A stretch of 36,787 bases of DNA from a virus (lineage: Duplodnaviria > Caudoviricetes), in IMG/VR virus record IMGVR_UViG_3300010366_000008, positions 1 to 36,787 of that record; one strand, written 5' to 3'. Shown piece after piece: positions 8,118-17,858 of the stretch; position 1 is the stretch's first letter, and every line of letters starts with the position of its first letter. A program made the position numbers and the translations under genes. The notes beneath the pieces were generated by a model, which was not told the DNA's origin, searched no databases, and worked only from the letters and a program-made list of their open reading frames with translations.

Positions 8118-10100
8118 TCAATTCCAGGCCGAACCGTCCCAACGGAACAGATAGCTGCCGTTCTGCGCGATCGTGCGTCCCAGAACCGTCACCGATCCCG
8201 CATCGGTTTTGTAGATGCGCAGGGTTCTTCCCGGCCAGGTGGCAGCCGTAATCGCAGTAACCGCAGTGCTTCCGGTGAGGTTCACATTGGGCACAAACGA
8301 CGGCGATACCGAGAGGGTGGCCGCGGAAGCGATGGTCACGAACTGATCGTCGTATCCCACGCCAGAGATCCAGCTAGCGGGATAGTTGCCGGTCGGTAAA
8401 AACAGATCCGCGACCGTGTGCCCCTTGTTGATATTGTCGATGCGGGATCCGGAGCCCAGGCCAGCCCCGGCATAGATGCCGTACTGCTGGGTGCCGGTCC
8501 CCGGACCGTCGATGTTGTTGCCGAGAATGTTGCCGGTGATGATCACTTGCGGGATCGCCACGCCCAGCATGACGCCGGTACCTCCGTTGTTGTTGGCGAT
8601 CCGGCATCCCTGGATCAGAAACGAGCTGCCGGCGTTGAGCACGATCCCGTTGCCCGCCCCATCGATGAATTGGGAATCAATCAGCGAAACTCCGGTGGTG
8701 GTGCCCGGCCCGTCGACATGGAACCCGTCGCCCGAAGAGGAGCCCCAATGCTGGTTGAACCGGGACTTGATCACTGATCCCCCCGTAGCCGGATGGATAT
8801 AGGTTCCGTAGCTCGAATTGTGGTCGCAGAAGCAGCCGCTGGCGGTGACCGAGGCTACGGTCTGACCGTTGGCCGGCGCGATTTCGAGGCCGTAGGTTCC
8901 ATTCACCAGTTCGCAGTTATGCAGTCTGGCGTCTCCGCACTCGGTGATGCGGATGCCGGCATTGAAACTGGTGGAAGACGTGATCACCAGCCGTTCGACG
9001 ATGCCGGTATTGTTGCCTCCCGGCCCGATCAGGACTCCATTGCCGCCGTTTAATTCGGCCATCGACACGTAGCGGATGGTGTACCAGACGCTCGCAGAGA
9101 TCGTGATCCCGGTGGATACGTGATAGAGCAGCAGATCGGAAATGGTGGTGTAGCTCTGGTTGTTGAGCTTGATGGCGGCGCCTGAAGTGGAAGATGCCTG
9201 TCCCACGATCTGCATGTCTTTGAGCGTGTTTCCTCCCTGCGTGCTGGTGGAGTCGAACTCGAAAATATCGATGTTCGGGGTATCCATGATCACGGTGGTT
9301 GCGGTCGCTCCACCGCCTGCGATGGTCACCGACTGGGTGGCGATCTTGATGGTGGCCTGAAGGTGAACCGTACCGAACGGAAAGCGGATGTCAACCGGCG
9401 CACCGGCTCCCACCGAGTAAAGCGCTTCCATGCATCCGGCGGAAGAACTGCGGATCGTCCAGGCTCCCGTATGGGCATTGGCGCAGGTCACGATCACGGT
9501 TCCGCTGGCGGCGCCCGAAACCGCCGTCCCTCCGGTGATGGGCACCGCTTCCGCAGTGCCGGTGCCTCCGGAAATGTAGAGGTAGTGGTTGCCGTCGGTG
9601 CCGTTCACTCCGATCGGGACCGGGCTCAAGGTGATGGAGTTCGATCCCACCACCAGCGATCCGCCGGGAGTCTGGGGTGCAAAGTTGTACTGGGAGGTGA
9701 GCAGTTCGGGAGATTGGCCGACTTTCGAAAGATTCGGCCCCAGAGCCGCTTCGATGGCTTTGACTTCGGCGGCCAGCACGTTGTGGTGCCAGGCGTCGAT
9801 GTACATCGAGATCTTGGCTCCGGCCGAATGCACCGCTGCCACAGTTCCGTCGAAACCGCGTCCGCTCGCATTCACGATCAGTTGCGGATTCGGCCCGGAA
9901 ACGATGCTGTCGATGGCCAGAATTTCCTTGTCGATCGAGACCAGGCAGTTGGCGGTAAAGCCGGCCGTCGAATTGACGAACAGGATCGTGTCGGCGGTTC
10001 CGACGCCCACCTTGAGCGTGGTCTGGATCAGGTTGTTGGCGACCTTGAGCTGCGAATCGGTCGCCACGGCGGCGGGAAATACGGCAGTCGGTGTGCTCAT
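8118..10100 (-). CDS. Tailspike with right-handed parallel beta-helix (pectate-lyase-like depolymerase)
   Basis: N-terminal attachment domain (RGFDGTVAAVHSAGAKI), then FPFGTVHL...IAGGG and repeated G-I-x-I/Asn-ladder beta-helix turns. Confidence 0.8.
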   Translation of the reverse strand: MSTPTAVFPAAVATDSQLKVANNLIQTTLKVGVGTADTILFVNSTAGFTANCLVSIDKEILAIDSIVSGPNPQLIVNASGRGFDGTVAAVHSAGAKISMYIDAWHHNVLAAEVKAIEAALGPNLSKVGQSPELLTSQYNFAPQTPGGSLVVGSNSITLSPVPIGVNGTDGNHYLYISGGTGTAEAVPITGGTAVSGAASGTVIVTCANAHTGAWTIRSSSAGCMEALYSVGAGAPVDIRFPFGTVHLQATIKIATQSVTIAGGGATATTVIMDTPNIDIFEFDSTSTQGGNTLKDMQIVGQASSTSGAAIKLNNQSYTTISDLLLYHVSTGITISASVWYTIRYVSMAELNGGNGVLIGPGGNNTGIVERLVITSSTSFNAGIRITECGDARLHNCELVNGTYGLEIAPANGQTVASVTASGCFCDHNSSYGTYIHPATGGSVIKSRFNQHWGSSSGDGFHVDGPGTTTGVSLIDSQFIDGAGNGIVLNAGSSFLIQGCRIANNNGGTGVMLGVAIPQVIITGNILGNNIDGPGTGTQQYGIYAGAGLGSGSRIDNINKGHTVADLFLPTGNYPASWISGVGYDDQFVTIASAATLSVSPSFVPNVNLTGSTAVTAITAATWPGRTLRIYKTDAGSVTVLGRTIAQNGSYLFRWDGSAWN

Positions 10101-10103
10101 GGT

Positions 10104-10784
10104 TTATCCTGGAGCGGCGTTCGACGCCTGATCGACCATAGCCTGCGCCGGAGACTGCGACTGCGAGCGCATCTGGTTGCCGGCGTTGTTCTGGACGATG
10201 GAAGCTTTATACATCTGCGCCTGCGCCGGCAGCGACGGGTCGGCCTGGGAGCGCGGATATTCCGGCAGGAGCGCCACCGCGAAGTTGTAGCGCAGCGCCT
10301 GCTCATATCCGGGGGGCATGTTGATCGTGTCGCTTACGGTATTGAACTGAGCGAGCAGGGCGTACATCCAGATCTCGAGGGTTCCGCTCAGGCGCGGCTG
10401 CGGCGCGATGTAGACCGTCGAATTGGGAAACTGATAATCGCAGTAGAGCTTTTTCACGTACACACTGGTGGCCTGCTTTTCCGGAACTGATTCCCAGCCG
10501 GCGGCGTCCACGATCTCGAGCGGCGAGTCGATGCCGCCGCAATTCACGCTGGCGGCCACGATGCGCACCGGCTGCATGTTGAGCGGATAGGAATTGCCCG
10601 CATAGACGCTGATCAACTGACGCTGGCGTCCGACCAGCGAGGCGCCTTCGGTGTTCCAGCTCGCGACCATCTGGTTGAGCGAAATGAAAGCGTCGTTCAG
10701 TTCGTTGGTCTCGAGGGTCTCGCCGGCGGCGATGGCCCCGATCAGACGAAACGAGGAATGAATCAGATCACTGACTGACGACAT
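10104..10784 (-). CDS. Head-tail adaptor paralog 1 (P22 gp4-like)
   Basis: LIHSSFRLIGA...DAFISLNQMVASW and PPGYEQALRYNFAVALLPEY motifs. Confidence 0.75.
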   Translation of the reverse strand: MSSVSDLIHSSFRLIGAIAAGETLETNELNDAFISLNQMVASWNTEGASLVGRQRQLISVYAGNSYPLNMQPVRIVAASVNCGGIDSPLEIVDAAGWESVPEKQATSVYVKKLYCDYQFPNSTVYIAPQPRLSGTLEIWMYALLAQFNTVSDTINMPPGYEQALRYNFAVALLPEYPRSQADPSLPAQAQMYKASIVQNNAGNQMRSQSQSPAQAMVDQASNAAPG

Positions 10785-10965
10785 CGGCGGACTCCTTGGG
10801 CGGCCGGCTGCGCCGTTTCGGCGGCTCTTCGGGCGGCGCCGGGGGCTGGATGATGCGCGACCATTCCGGCCCGAGCGCCGCTTCTTCGTCTTCCGAGTAG
10901 ACGGTCACCGGCTCCAGCGTCCGGTGAAACATCATGCGCGGATAATCAGGGTTGAGCGTGATCAT
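10768..10965 (-). CDS. Small virion-associated protein
   Basis: 65 aa with YPRMMFH...VYSEDEEAALGPEW motif and basic tail; coupled by ATGA overlap. Confidence 0.65.
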   Translation of the reverse strand: MITLNPDYPRMMFHRTLEPVTVYSEDEEAALGPEWSRIIQPPAPPEEPPKRRSRPPKESADVVSQ

Positions 10966-11477
10966 GACTGCTGCGGATAGCCGTACTGCGGGTATTGCGG
11001 CTGTCCACCGCCGGCCTGCGCTTTGGCGGCGTCTTTGGCGGCCTGCGCGGCCTGTTTGGCTTGCAGATTGGCCCAGGCCGATTTGATCAGGGCTTCACTC
11101 AGCGAAAACTCCTGCCAGTCGGTCGAGAGCGATGCTTCCTCTCTGGCGTCGTTGATCACGCTCGGGCTCACATTCACGTTGAAGAACAGCTTCGGGTACT
11201 GGGGCTTCGGTGCTGCTGTCGAACCGGGAATCGCCGGAGCGTTCGCGGGATCGAGCGTCCACTCGTTGGCGTCGAGCGCGTCTTTCTCCTCCTGGGTGGT
11301 GACCACGAGCGGAGCCACCCGCCATTTGAGGTTGTAGTAGATCTCCGGCTTGTCGAGCGGAGTTGATTCTTTCGGTTGCGGCCCGGTAACCGGCGGCGGC
11401 GTCGTGGGCGGCTGCTGTCCGGAAGGCGGCGGGAAGCCGCCGATCTGTTGATTCATTCCTGTCCATTGATCGGCCAT
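10962..11477 (-). CDS. Virion-associated protein with two copies of the motif seen in 10768-10965
   Basis: ATG at 11477 follows a GGGAGG RBS; directly downstream of the coat gene. Confidence 0.7.
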   Translation of the reverse strand: MADQWTGMNQQIGGFPPPSGQQPPTTPPPVTGPQPKESTPLDKPEIYYNLKWRVAPLVVTTQEEKDALDANEWTLDPANAPAIPGSTAAPKPQYPKLFFNVNVSPSVINDAREEASLSTDWQEFSLSEALIKSAWANLQAKQAAQAAKDAAKAQAGGGQPQYPQYGYPQQS

Positions 11478-11491
11478 ATGTTGTTTCCTCC

Positions 11492-12709
11492 TTATTGAAC
11501 GACCTTGCAGGCCCATTCGGGACGGGTCGCGGCCCAGCCGAACAGCACGTCGCAGCGGGTCACGAACAGGTCGTTGATGATGTCGTACATCGAAACCATT
11601 CTTATGGCGCAGCCGGTGTCGGGATCCTGCTGGTTGGCGCCGAACTGAATGTTTTTCGGAACCTCGAGCGGCGCCATGCCGAGCGTGAAGGCGTCCTTGT
11701 GGAACGCGATTCCCTGGATGGAGAGCTGCCCGGTAGTTCCAGTGACGATGGTCAGCGGAGCGCCCGCAGCCGGCGAAGCGCTCACCGTCTGCCCCGGCAT
11801 GGTGGTGACGATCGGCGGATAGATCGACAGCGTGGCGGCGCCGGTGGCATCGCTCGAGGCGTTGGCGAGGACGGTGAACTGCTGCAGGTCGGTCTTGACG
11901 GCGCCCGACACGCGGTTCACGCGAAACACGCTGGGCAGCGTGAAGACGTCACCGGCGTTGAGGCGCACCGCGGCGGCGGCGGTCCAGCCGGTAGTCGCGA
12001 GCGTGGATCCGGTCTGGTTGGCGGCGCCTACCTGCGGAGCCCCTCCGAGCGGTCCGTTGGTGTGAGTGACACAGTTTTGATCCATCACCCACTCGAAACC
12101 GCCCATAATCCCCATGCGGCCGCGTTCGTACTGCTGCTTGACCTGGCTCGAGGACTGGAACAGTCCCTGAAACGTGGTCAGCGCGGCAGTCTGGATCTTG
12201 GGAGGAATCACCATACTCCGGGTTCCGTCCATCGGCGCCGAGCTGGTGTCGAGCATTTCGCCGGCGGTCCAGAAGGGAACGGCCGTCGTGATCGGCGTGC
12301 CGACCGTGCCGACCAGGTTAGGCACGTTGGCGTCGGCCATCGTCAGGCCAGCGATATCGACGGCATTGGCCAGCGCGACCGCAGCACTATCGAGATAGCG
12401 CGCGGCGAAGTTGTCGATCGACAGCGTCAGGTCTTTCGAAGTGAACGCAAAGCCGACCACCTGCTGGTTCGAGAGCTGGAGGGTTTTCTGGTTTTCGACG
12501 ACGTTCTGCGGGCTCATGACCGGGCCGGCCGATGCGACAAACATCACCGGGTCGCGGAGTCTGAGAGTATCGCCGATTTTGGCGCCTTCCACGGCGAATT
12601 TGTCGTCCCAAGTGTGGGCGACGGCGCCGGAGAAGCCGAGATTATTTTTGAAGCGCCGCAGGAGTTCGTTGGTGATGACCTGCGACGTTAACAGAGTGTT
12701 GACTGCCAA
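11492..12709 (-). CDS. Major capsid protein (P22 coat/gp5 family)
   Basis: NTLLTSQVITNELLR, KIGDTLRLRDP, TSKDLTLSIDNF, LAFHKDAF-like motif and RCDVLFGW...RPEWA. Confidence 0.93.
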   Translation of the reverse strand: MAVNTLLTSQVITNELLRRFKNNLGFSGAVAHTWDDKFAVEGAKIGDTLRLRDPVMFVASAGPVMSPQNVVENQKTLQLSNQQVVGFAFTSKDLTLSIDNFAARYLDSAAVALANAVDIAGLTMADANVPNLVGTVGTPITTAVPFWTAGEMLDTSSAPMDGTRSMVIPPKIQTAALTTFQGLFQSSSQVKQQYERGRMGIMGGFEWVMDQNCVTHTNGPLGGAPQVGAANQTGSTLATTGWTAAAAVRLNAGDVFTLPSVFRVNRVSGAVKTDLQQFTVLANASSDATGAATLSIYPPIVTTMPGQTVSASPAAGAPLTIVTGTTGQLSIQGIAFHKDAFTLGMAPLEVPKNIQFGANQQDPDTGCAIRMVSMYDIINDLFVTRCDVLFGWAATRPEWACKVVQ

Positions 12710-12713
12710 CTTT

Positions 12714-13652
12714 TTATCCCTTCAGTTGGCGCACCCGTTCCTTTTCCCAGCCACTGAAATCGGTCCTGGCAAAGTGCTCGTCGTGGATGTCGCGTTTGGT
12801 CGAGCCCGCACTGGGACGCGATAACGGCGGCGGCGGTTTGGGTGCGCCCGATACTTTGGGTTTCGGGTTTCCAGCCGTAGAGGTCTGCGCGAACATCGCC
12901 GAGAGTTTGCCGATCTCGCGGATGGCGGAGACCGGCTGCATCTGGGCGATGCGCTGCAACTCGTCAGGATGCGTCGCCAGGTGATAGAGAATCTCCGCGC
13001 CGGCCTCGTCCTCGAGCAGGGCCTGCCGCGCCGGCATCACGCCGGGTCCGACTGGGTAGGGCGTAGCCTGCACCACCTCGTCGTAGTCCGGATGATTGCC
13101 GCGGGCGGCCTCGGTTTTCGAGGACCACTCGGTTTGCAGTTTCTCTTCCGCAGTGCGGGCTTCAGCCTGGATGGCTTCGGCTTTCTTCTGCGCTTCGCGC
13201 TGATCGAGTTTCCAGTCGGTCAGCGCTTCCTGGTACGCCTCGAGAGTCGGGAAGTCGTGGAGCTTGGGTTTGCCAGGCGGTTCCGCGGGCTTGGGCGGCT
13301 CCGCTTCGGGCGGCGCATGGGTCAGCTTCGCCTGGTTGACGGCCGCGAGTTGGGCTTTGAGCCACTCGTTGTCACGCGTCAGCCGGTCGATTTTGCGTTG
13401 CCTGGATCCGCCGCGACCCGGTTTGCCTGGCTCCGGTTCTTCCTCTTCCTCTGCGGGCTGGGTTTCTTCCGCTCCTGACTGCGGTACGCTTTTGGCCGGC
13501 GGAGTTTCCTCCGCGGCCGCAGGTGGGGCCTGGTCTTCCTTCTTCGGTAGCTCACCCGTGCGGCGCCAGTGATCATACTCCCGGTAATCGGCCGGGGCCT
13601 CGATCTCGGCTGGCGTGGTTTCGGGCGCGCCTTCCTTTATTTCATCAGACAT
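12714..13652 (-). CDS. Scaffolding protein
   Basis: Acidic/Pro-rich; QRKIDRLT, YQEALTDWK, HPDYDEVV, GAEILYHLATHP; lies between portal and coat. Confidence 0.8.
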   Translation of the reverse strand: MSDEIKEGAPETTPAEIEAPADYREYDHWRRTGELPKKEDQAPPAAAEETPPAKSVPQSGAEETQPAEEEEEPEPGKPGRGGSRQRKIDRLTRDNEWLKAQLAAVNQAKLTHAPPEAEPPKPAEPPGKPKLHDFPTLEAYQEALTDWKLDQREAQKKAEAIQAEARTAEEKLQTEWSSKTEAARGNHPDYDEVVQATPYPVGPGVMPARQALLEDEAGAEILYHLATHPDELQRIAQMQPVSAIREIGKLSAMFAQTSTAGNPKPKVSGAPKPPPPLSRPSAGSTKRDIHDEHFARTDFSGWEKERVRQLKG

Positions 13653-13656
13653 AAAC

Positions 13657-15768
13657 TCACTGCATCATTCCGGGCGGCGCCGGCGGCGCCATGCCAGGGG
13701 AGGAAGGCGCCGCCGGCGTTCCCGCTGGCGAAGCACCCGTACCACCAGCGGAACCGGTGAACATGCGGCCGATCATGGCTTCGGCGAGCGCCACCTGCTG
13801 GGTCAGTACGCCCAGTGATTCAGGCGCGCCGCCCTTGGCGATCCCGGTGATCAGGTCGACCTGTGCTTTTAAAGCCGCTTCGCGCTCGTCGCTCTTGGTC
13901 TCGATCTCCTTGGTGTCGATCTTTTGCTGCGCGCTCTGGAGAGCCTGCGTCAACTGCTGGATCATGGCCTGCGACTGCTGATATTGGGCGGCCAGCATCT
14001 GCATCTGCTGCTGCGCGTTGCCCGGCTGATCCTGCAATCCCGGCGGCAGCGTTTTCCGCAAGCGGTCGGCGAGCTTGTCGGCGCCCGGAAAGTCGGCGTT
14101 GTCGAACAGGATGTCGCCGGCGATCTGCAAGAGCTGCGGATACGCCTGCGCGAGCTGCGTGAGCGTCTCCCAGGTCTCCTGCCGCTGCGTGATCGAAGTG
14201 GGGCCGGCACTGGCCACCACGTCGTACTGGCCGCTCGCGAGGTCGTAGCATTTGATCTGGCCGTTCCACTCCTGGAACTGCTGGTTGACCTTGACGATCT
14301 GCTGCGCGCGGTCCTCGCCGAGAATACGGACCTCGCGCGGCATGTCGTAGATCTTGGGGATCAGGTCGGTGAGGATCACCCCGCACTGGCGGATGGCGCG
14401 GTTCAGGTTGTCGATGAAGTGCGCGTTGGCTAGACCCGCCTGCGACTGCCGCTGGCGGATGGCGATTCCGCTGGTCTCGTTCGACTGCGCGCCTAAGCTC
14501 GCGTCGAAGATGCCGGTGGTGGCTTTGATGTCGTCGGAGGCCTGCGCGGCGCCGAGCGAGAGCGCTTGGATGGGCGGCTCGAATACGTTGCGCTGCGGCG
14601 GCGGCGCCGGATTGCCGGCGATGTCGACCGGCTCGTACTCGAGGTAGGCGTAGTTGGTGGTGTTCGCGCTGGCCCAGCGGTTGTCGCGGAACGCGCCTTT
14701 CACGCCGATCCACGGCGCTTTGGTGCCGAGCAGAACGGTTTCGGCTTCGCTCGAGCGATAGAAGTTGTAGAGACGCTGCGGGTCTTTGGCGAAGCGGATC
14801 AGCGAGAACAGTTTGCGGACGCCGTCGACCCACATCTCTTTGCCCAGCACCGGCAGAATCGGGATCCACTGCCCCGGCCATTCGCCCTCGTCGAGGATCT
14901 CGATTCCGTTGATCTTCCTCCAGCGGACGACCCGCTGTTCGGTCTCGCGCTCGAGCGGCTTACCGTCGGGACCGGTGGCGATTTTCAGGCCCTGCGGCAT
15001 CGCGTCGGGAATCTCGTCTTTGTACTGGGAAGTTCTAGTTCCGTCCGGCCATTCCACGCTGGTGAGCGTGCGTTTCTTCGTCTCCACCGTCCAGTAGCGG
15101 GCGATGCGCACGCCGGATTTGGTGATCCAGTCGGGCACCGGGTTGCTCAAGCCTTCGTAGAAATTCAGACTCGTGATCTGGCTGTCACCGTAATCGGCTT
15201 CGTACTCGTCGCGCGGGATGACCTCGACTTCGAAGGCGTAGGCCATGTCGGCTTTGTCAGCTTCGCGCGCGTAAGGGTCGATGTACACGCTGAACTGGTC
15301 GGGGATGCGTTCGATGCGCAGCTCCTGGTCGAAGGATTTGGGGCCGCAGTAGCGTGTCGTGACCTTGAAGAAGCCGAAGCCGCAGGCGGTCGACTGCTCG
15401 AGTGCGCTTTCGTAGACTTCGTCGGCTTTACAGACGTCCTCGATATGGCGGATCATGCCCTCGATGACCTTCGCCGTATCGGGGTCGGAAGTCGAATCGA
15501 CCGGATAGACTTTGATGCCGGCCTGGTTCATACGGGCTTCGTTGGCCGCCATGTTCAAAGGTCCGATCAGCTTATTGAAACTGAGGCAGGGCCGGCTGCT
15601 GAGACCGGTGGTACGGCTCCTGCGGTCGGCGTCGTCCCACTGCACGCCCGAGACGAAGCGCAGATCGTCGAGCGCTTCCTTGCGCAGGTCCCGCTCGGCG
15701 TCCTCGCAGAGCTTGAAGCGTTTGCGGGCTTCGGACAGGATGCCTTCGTCAGATTGCCGGCGTGCCAT
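13657..15768 (-). CDS. Portal protein (P22 gp1-like)
   Basis: DDLRFVSGVQW, RPCLSFNK, KDPQRLYN, SNETSGIAI, IPKIYD.REVRILGED, C-terminal coiled coil; 703 aa. Confidence 0.95.
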   Translation of the reverse strand: MARRQSDEGILSEARKRFKLCEDAERDLRKEALDDLRFVSGVQWDDADRRSRTTGLSSRPCLSFNKLIGPLNMAANEARMNQAGIKVYPVDSTSDPDTAKVIEGMIRHIEDVCKADEVYESALEQSTACGFGFFKVTTRYCGPKSFDQELRIERIPDQFSVYIDPYAREADKADMAYAFEVEVIPRDEYEADYGDSQITSLNFYEGLSNPVPDWITKSGVRIARYWTVETKKRTLTSVEWPDGTRTSQYKDEIPDAMPQGLKIATGPDGKPLERETEQRVVRWRKINGIEILDEGEWPGQWIPILPVLGKEMWVDGVRKLFSLIRFAKDPQRLYNFYRSSEAETVLLGTKAPWIGVKGAFRDNRWASANTTNYAYLEYEPVDIAGNPAPPPQRNVFEPPIQALSLGAAQASDDIKATTGIFDASLGAQSNETSGIAIRQRQSQAGLANAHFIDNLNRAIRQCGVILTDLIPKIYDMPREVRILGEDRAQQIVKVNQQFQEWNGQIKCYDLASGQYDVVASAGPTSITQRQETWETLTQLAQAYPQLLQIAGDILFDNADFPGADKLADRLRKTLPPGLQDQPGNAQQQMQMLAAQYQQSQAMIQQLTQALQSAQQKIDTKEIETKSDEREAALKAQVDLITGIAKGGAPESLGVLTQQVALAEAMIGRMFTGSAGGTGASPAGTPAAPSSPGMAPPAPPGMMQ

Positions 15769-16173
15769 TTATCCGAACGCGATGTCCTGCTTACAGTAAG
15801 AGAGCGCGATCGGTCCGCCCTGCGGGCCGTTGTTGCCGCGAAAGTAATAAGCCAGCGTGCCCATGTTGCGCTGCGCCTGGTTGTAGAACGAGCCCCACGG
15901 CACGTTCTCGGTGTAGTAGAAGGGTGATCCATAGGAGAACGGAGTCGGTTGTCCGAGATAGAGCGTCGGCTGCTGGTCGAGCAGCAGGTAAGCGAGTTCC
16001 AATGCACTCGGAATCGAGAGGCAGTACATCTCGCTGACGGGTTGAAACGTGCCGTCCGGCGAGATGACTTTCACGCGATCGAGAAAGACGGGCGTGTAGG
16101 TTGCGACATCCGGGGTCTTGCCGAGCTTGGTGAAAATCTCCTGGATCTGAGAAGGCCCTACGTAAGTGCTCAT
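15769..16173 (-). CDS. Hypothetical protein
   Basis: 134 aa; abuts the portal start; GAAGGA RBS. Confidence 0.7.
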   Translation of the reverse strand: MSTYVGPSQIQEIFTKLGKTPDVATYTPVFLDRVKVISPDGTFQPVSEMYCLSIPSALELAYLLLDQQPTLYLGQPTPFSYGSPFYYTENVPWGSFYNQAQRNMGTLAYYFRGNNGPQGGPIALSYCKQDIAFG

Positions 16174-16238
16174 CGTGTTTCGTTCCTTCCCGATGGTCCG
16201 GAGTCATTGGTTGACCCCGGACCCATCGTGTGCGAAGA

Positions 16239-17120
16239 CTATTTCGGTGTGGGGGTCGGGGCGATCGGAGGCGCCGGAATGGCCGGCGGCGTTGCTGGTC
16301 CGCCGCCGATGGTAGGCGGCTGTCCGGGCGGAACGCCCACCGGAGGCGGCTGCGATGGTCCGCCTCCTACTGTTGGAGGAAGACCGCCGATGCCTTGCGG
16401 AGGCGGGCACACCACCCAACCATGACCGGGCCACCATCCGACTGTCCAGGTGCCCCAGATCGGATGGGTGACCACGCCGGGAGGATGCGACGAGCCCGGA
16501 GGAAGAACGATCGGATTTTCCGGATGGCTTCCGGGGGCTCCTGGAGGAGGACCGCCGATCGGGTTAGTGACGTGAACCGGGGGCTGTGCGGGGCCACCGC
16601 CTACTGTCGGAGGACCACCCGGTGCGGGAGGCTGCGGCCACATTCCCGGAGGACCTCCGGAAGGAGGCTGTCCGGGCCACATCACCGGTGGCTGGATCGG
16701 TCCGCCGCCCGGATGCAATCCGGGAGGCTGTGCGGGTCCGCCACCGGGAAACGTTGGCGGTCCGGGCGGAACGCCTACGGGCGGCGCAAAGCCGGGATGA
16801 ATCGGTCCGCCGCCTACGTGCGGTGGCAGCGGCTGTCCAGGCCAGGTGCCGGGAGGCATCGGAACTCCTCCGGTCCATCCGGGAGGGCCACTCGGCGGCA
16901 GGGGCTGCGTGCTCGCCCAACCGGGAGGCACCGGGCCGGGAGTGGGGTGCGTCGGGGGTCCCGGCGCTACTCCTACCGGCGGCGGTCCCCACATTCCCGG
17001 AGGGGGAGCGGGTATGCCCCAGCCGGGATCGACATCACCCGGAGGACGGCCCCCCGGAATTGGGCCACCGCCAACATGGCCGGCGAGTGGCATGATCCAT
17101 GCAAGAAATGGAGTACTCAT
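16239..17120 (-). CDS. Pro/Gly-rich low-complexity repeat protein
   Basis: 293 aa with recurring PPx(V/I/P)GGGPxxPP and (M/T)WP units; GAGG RBS; co-oriented with the operon. Confidence 0.7.
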   Translation of the reverse strand: MSTPFLAWIMPLAGHVGGGPIPGGRPPGDVDPGWGIPAPPPGMWGPPPVGVAPGPPTHPTPGPVPPGWASTQPLPPSGPPGWTGGVPMPPGTWPGQPLPPHVGGGPIHPGFAPPVGVPPGPPTFPGGGPAQPPGLHPGGGPIQPPVMWPGQPPSGGPPGMWPQPPAPGGPPTVGGGPAQPPVHVTNPIGGPPPGAPGSHPENPIVLPPGSSHPPGVVTHPIWGTWTVGWWPGHGWVVCPPPQGIGGLPPTVGGGPSQPPPVGVPPGQPPTIGGGPATPPAIPAPPIAPTPTPK

Positions 17121-17150
17121 TGTTTAACCTCTGACGACCAATTTGTGCAG

Positions 17151-17855
17151 TTACGGCCCGTATCGCTTAGGCCGGCGTTTGAAGACTCGGATGGCGATTC
17201 CCGCCAATCCGCAAAGAATCAACAAGCGTGGTTTCGGCTCCGGCGTGTCGCCGCCAGGAGCGCCGAATGGCGTAATCGCCACGGTCTCGTTGTCGAATAA
17301 CGAGAGGCTGGCGGATCCGCCTCCGCCCGTGATAGCGATGTCTTTCAGGATGCCGAGCGTGCTCGGCTGCGTCAGGAAGCTGACGCTGTCGCTGGCCTGC
17401 ATGCCGCCGGAGTTATCGAACACGTTCAGCGAACGGACGAAGGTCGGGCAGTTCGCTCCGGCGAAGGCGGCGCCCACGCACAGCGTCTCCGCGATATCGA
17501 CCGATCCGCCTCCGCTCACCCCGAATCCCGCCATGCTGAGAGATTCGAGAGTGATCTGGTCTACGGTGGTGATGGTGTAGCCGATCAGAACGTCCAGGCT
17601 GGTTCCCGCGGCCGCGGTAAACGGAGCCTGGAAGTCGAAGCCGTCCGCGAGCGGATCCACCGAAACGCTGCCGTCGGCTAATGCCGGGGCGTTGCCGGAT
17701 TCCGAGAAGCGGAAGTTATTGAAGACCAGGTCGCCTTCCGAGCAGGAGAAGCCGCTGGCGTTGTAGCTGTGCAGGCTGGCGACCACGCAGGGCAATACAC
17801 TGGCGTTGGCCGCTGCACTGAAGAGCAACGCCAGGAACAAACGATGATGTCGCAT
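17151..17855 (-). CDS. Secreted PEP-CTERM-like surface protein
   Basis: Signal peptide (LFLALLFSAAANA), beta-rich body, C-terminal TPEP + hydrophobic stretch + KRRPKR. Confidence 0.8.
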   Translation of the reverse strand: MRHHRLFLALLFSAAANASVLPCVVASLHSYNASGFSCSEGDLVFNNFRFSESGNAPALADGSVSVDPLADGFDFQAPFTAAAGTSLDVLIGYTITTVDQITLESLSMAGFGVSGGGSVDIAETLCVGAAFAGANCPTFVRSLNVFDNSGGMQASDSVSFLTQPSTLGILKDIAITGGGGSASLSLFDNETVAITPFGAPGGDTPEPKPRLLILCGLAGIAIRVFKRRPKRYGP

Positions 17856-17858
17856 GGG

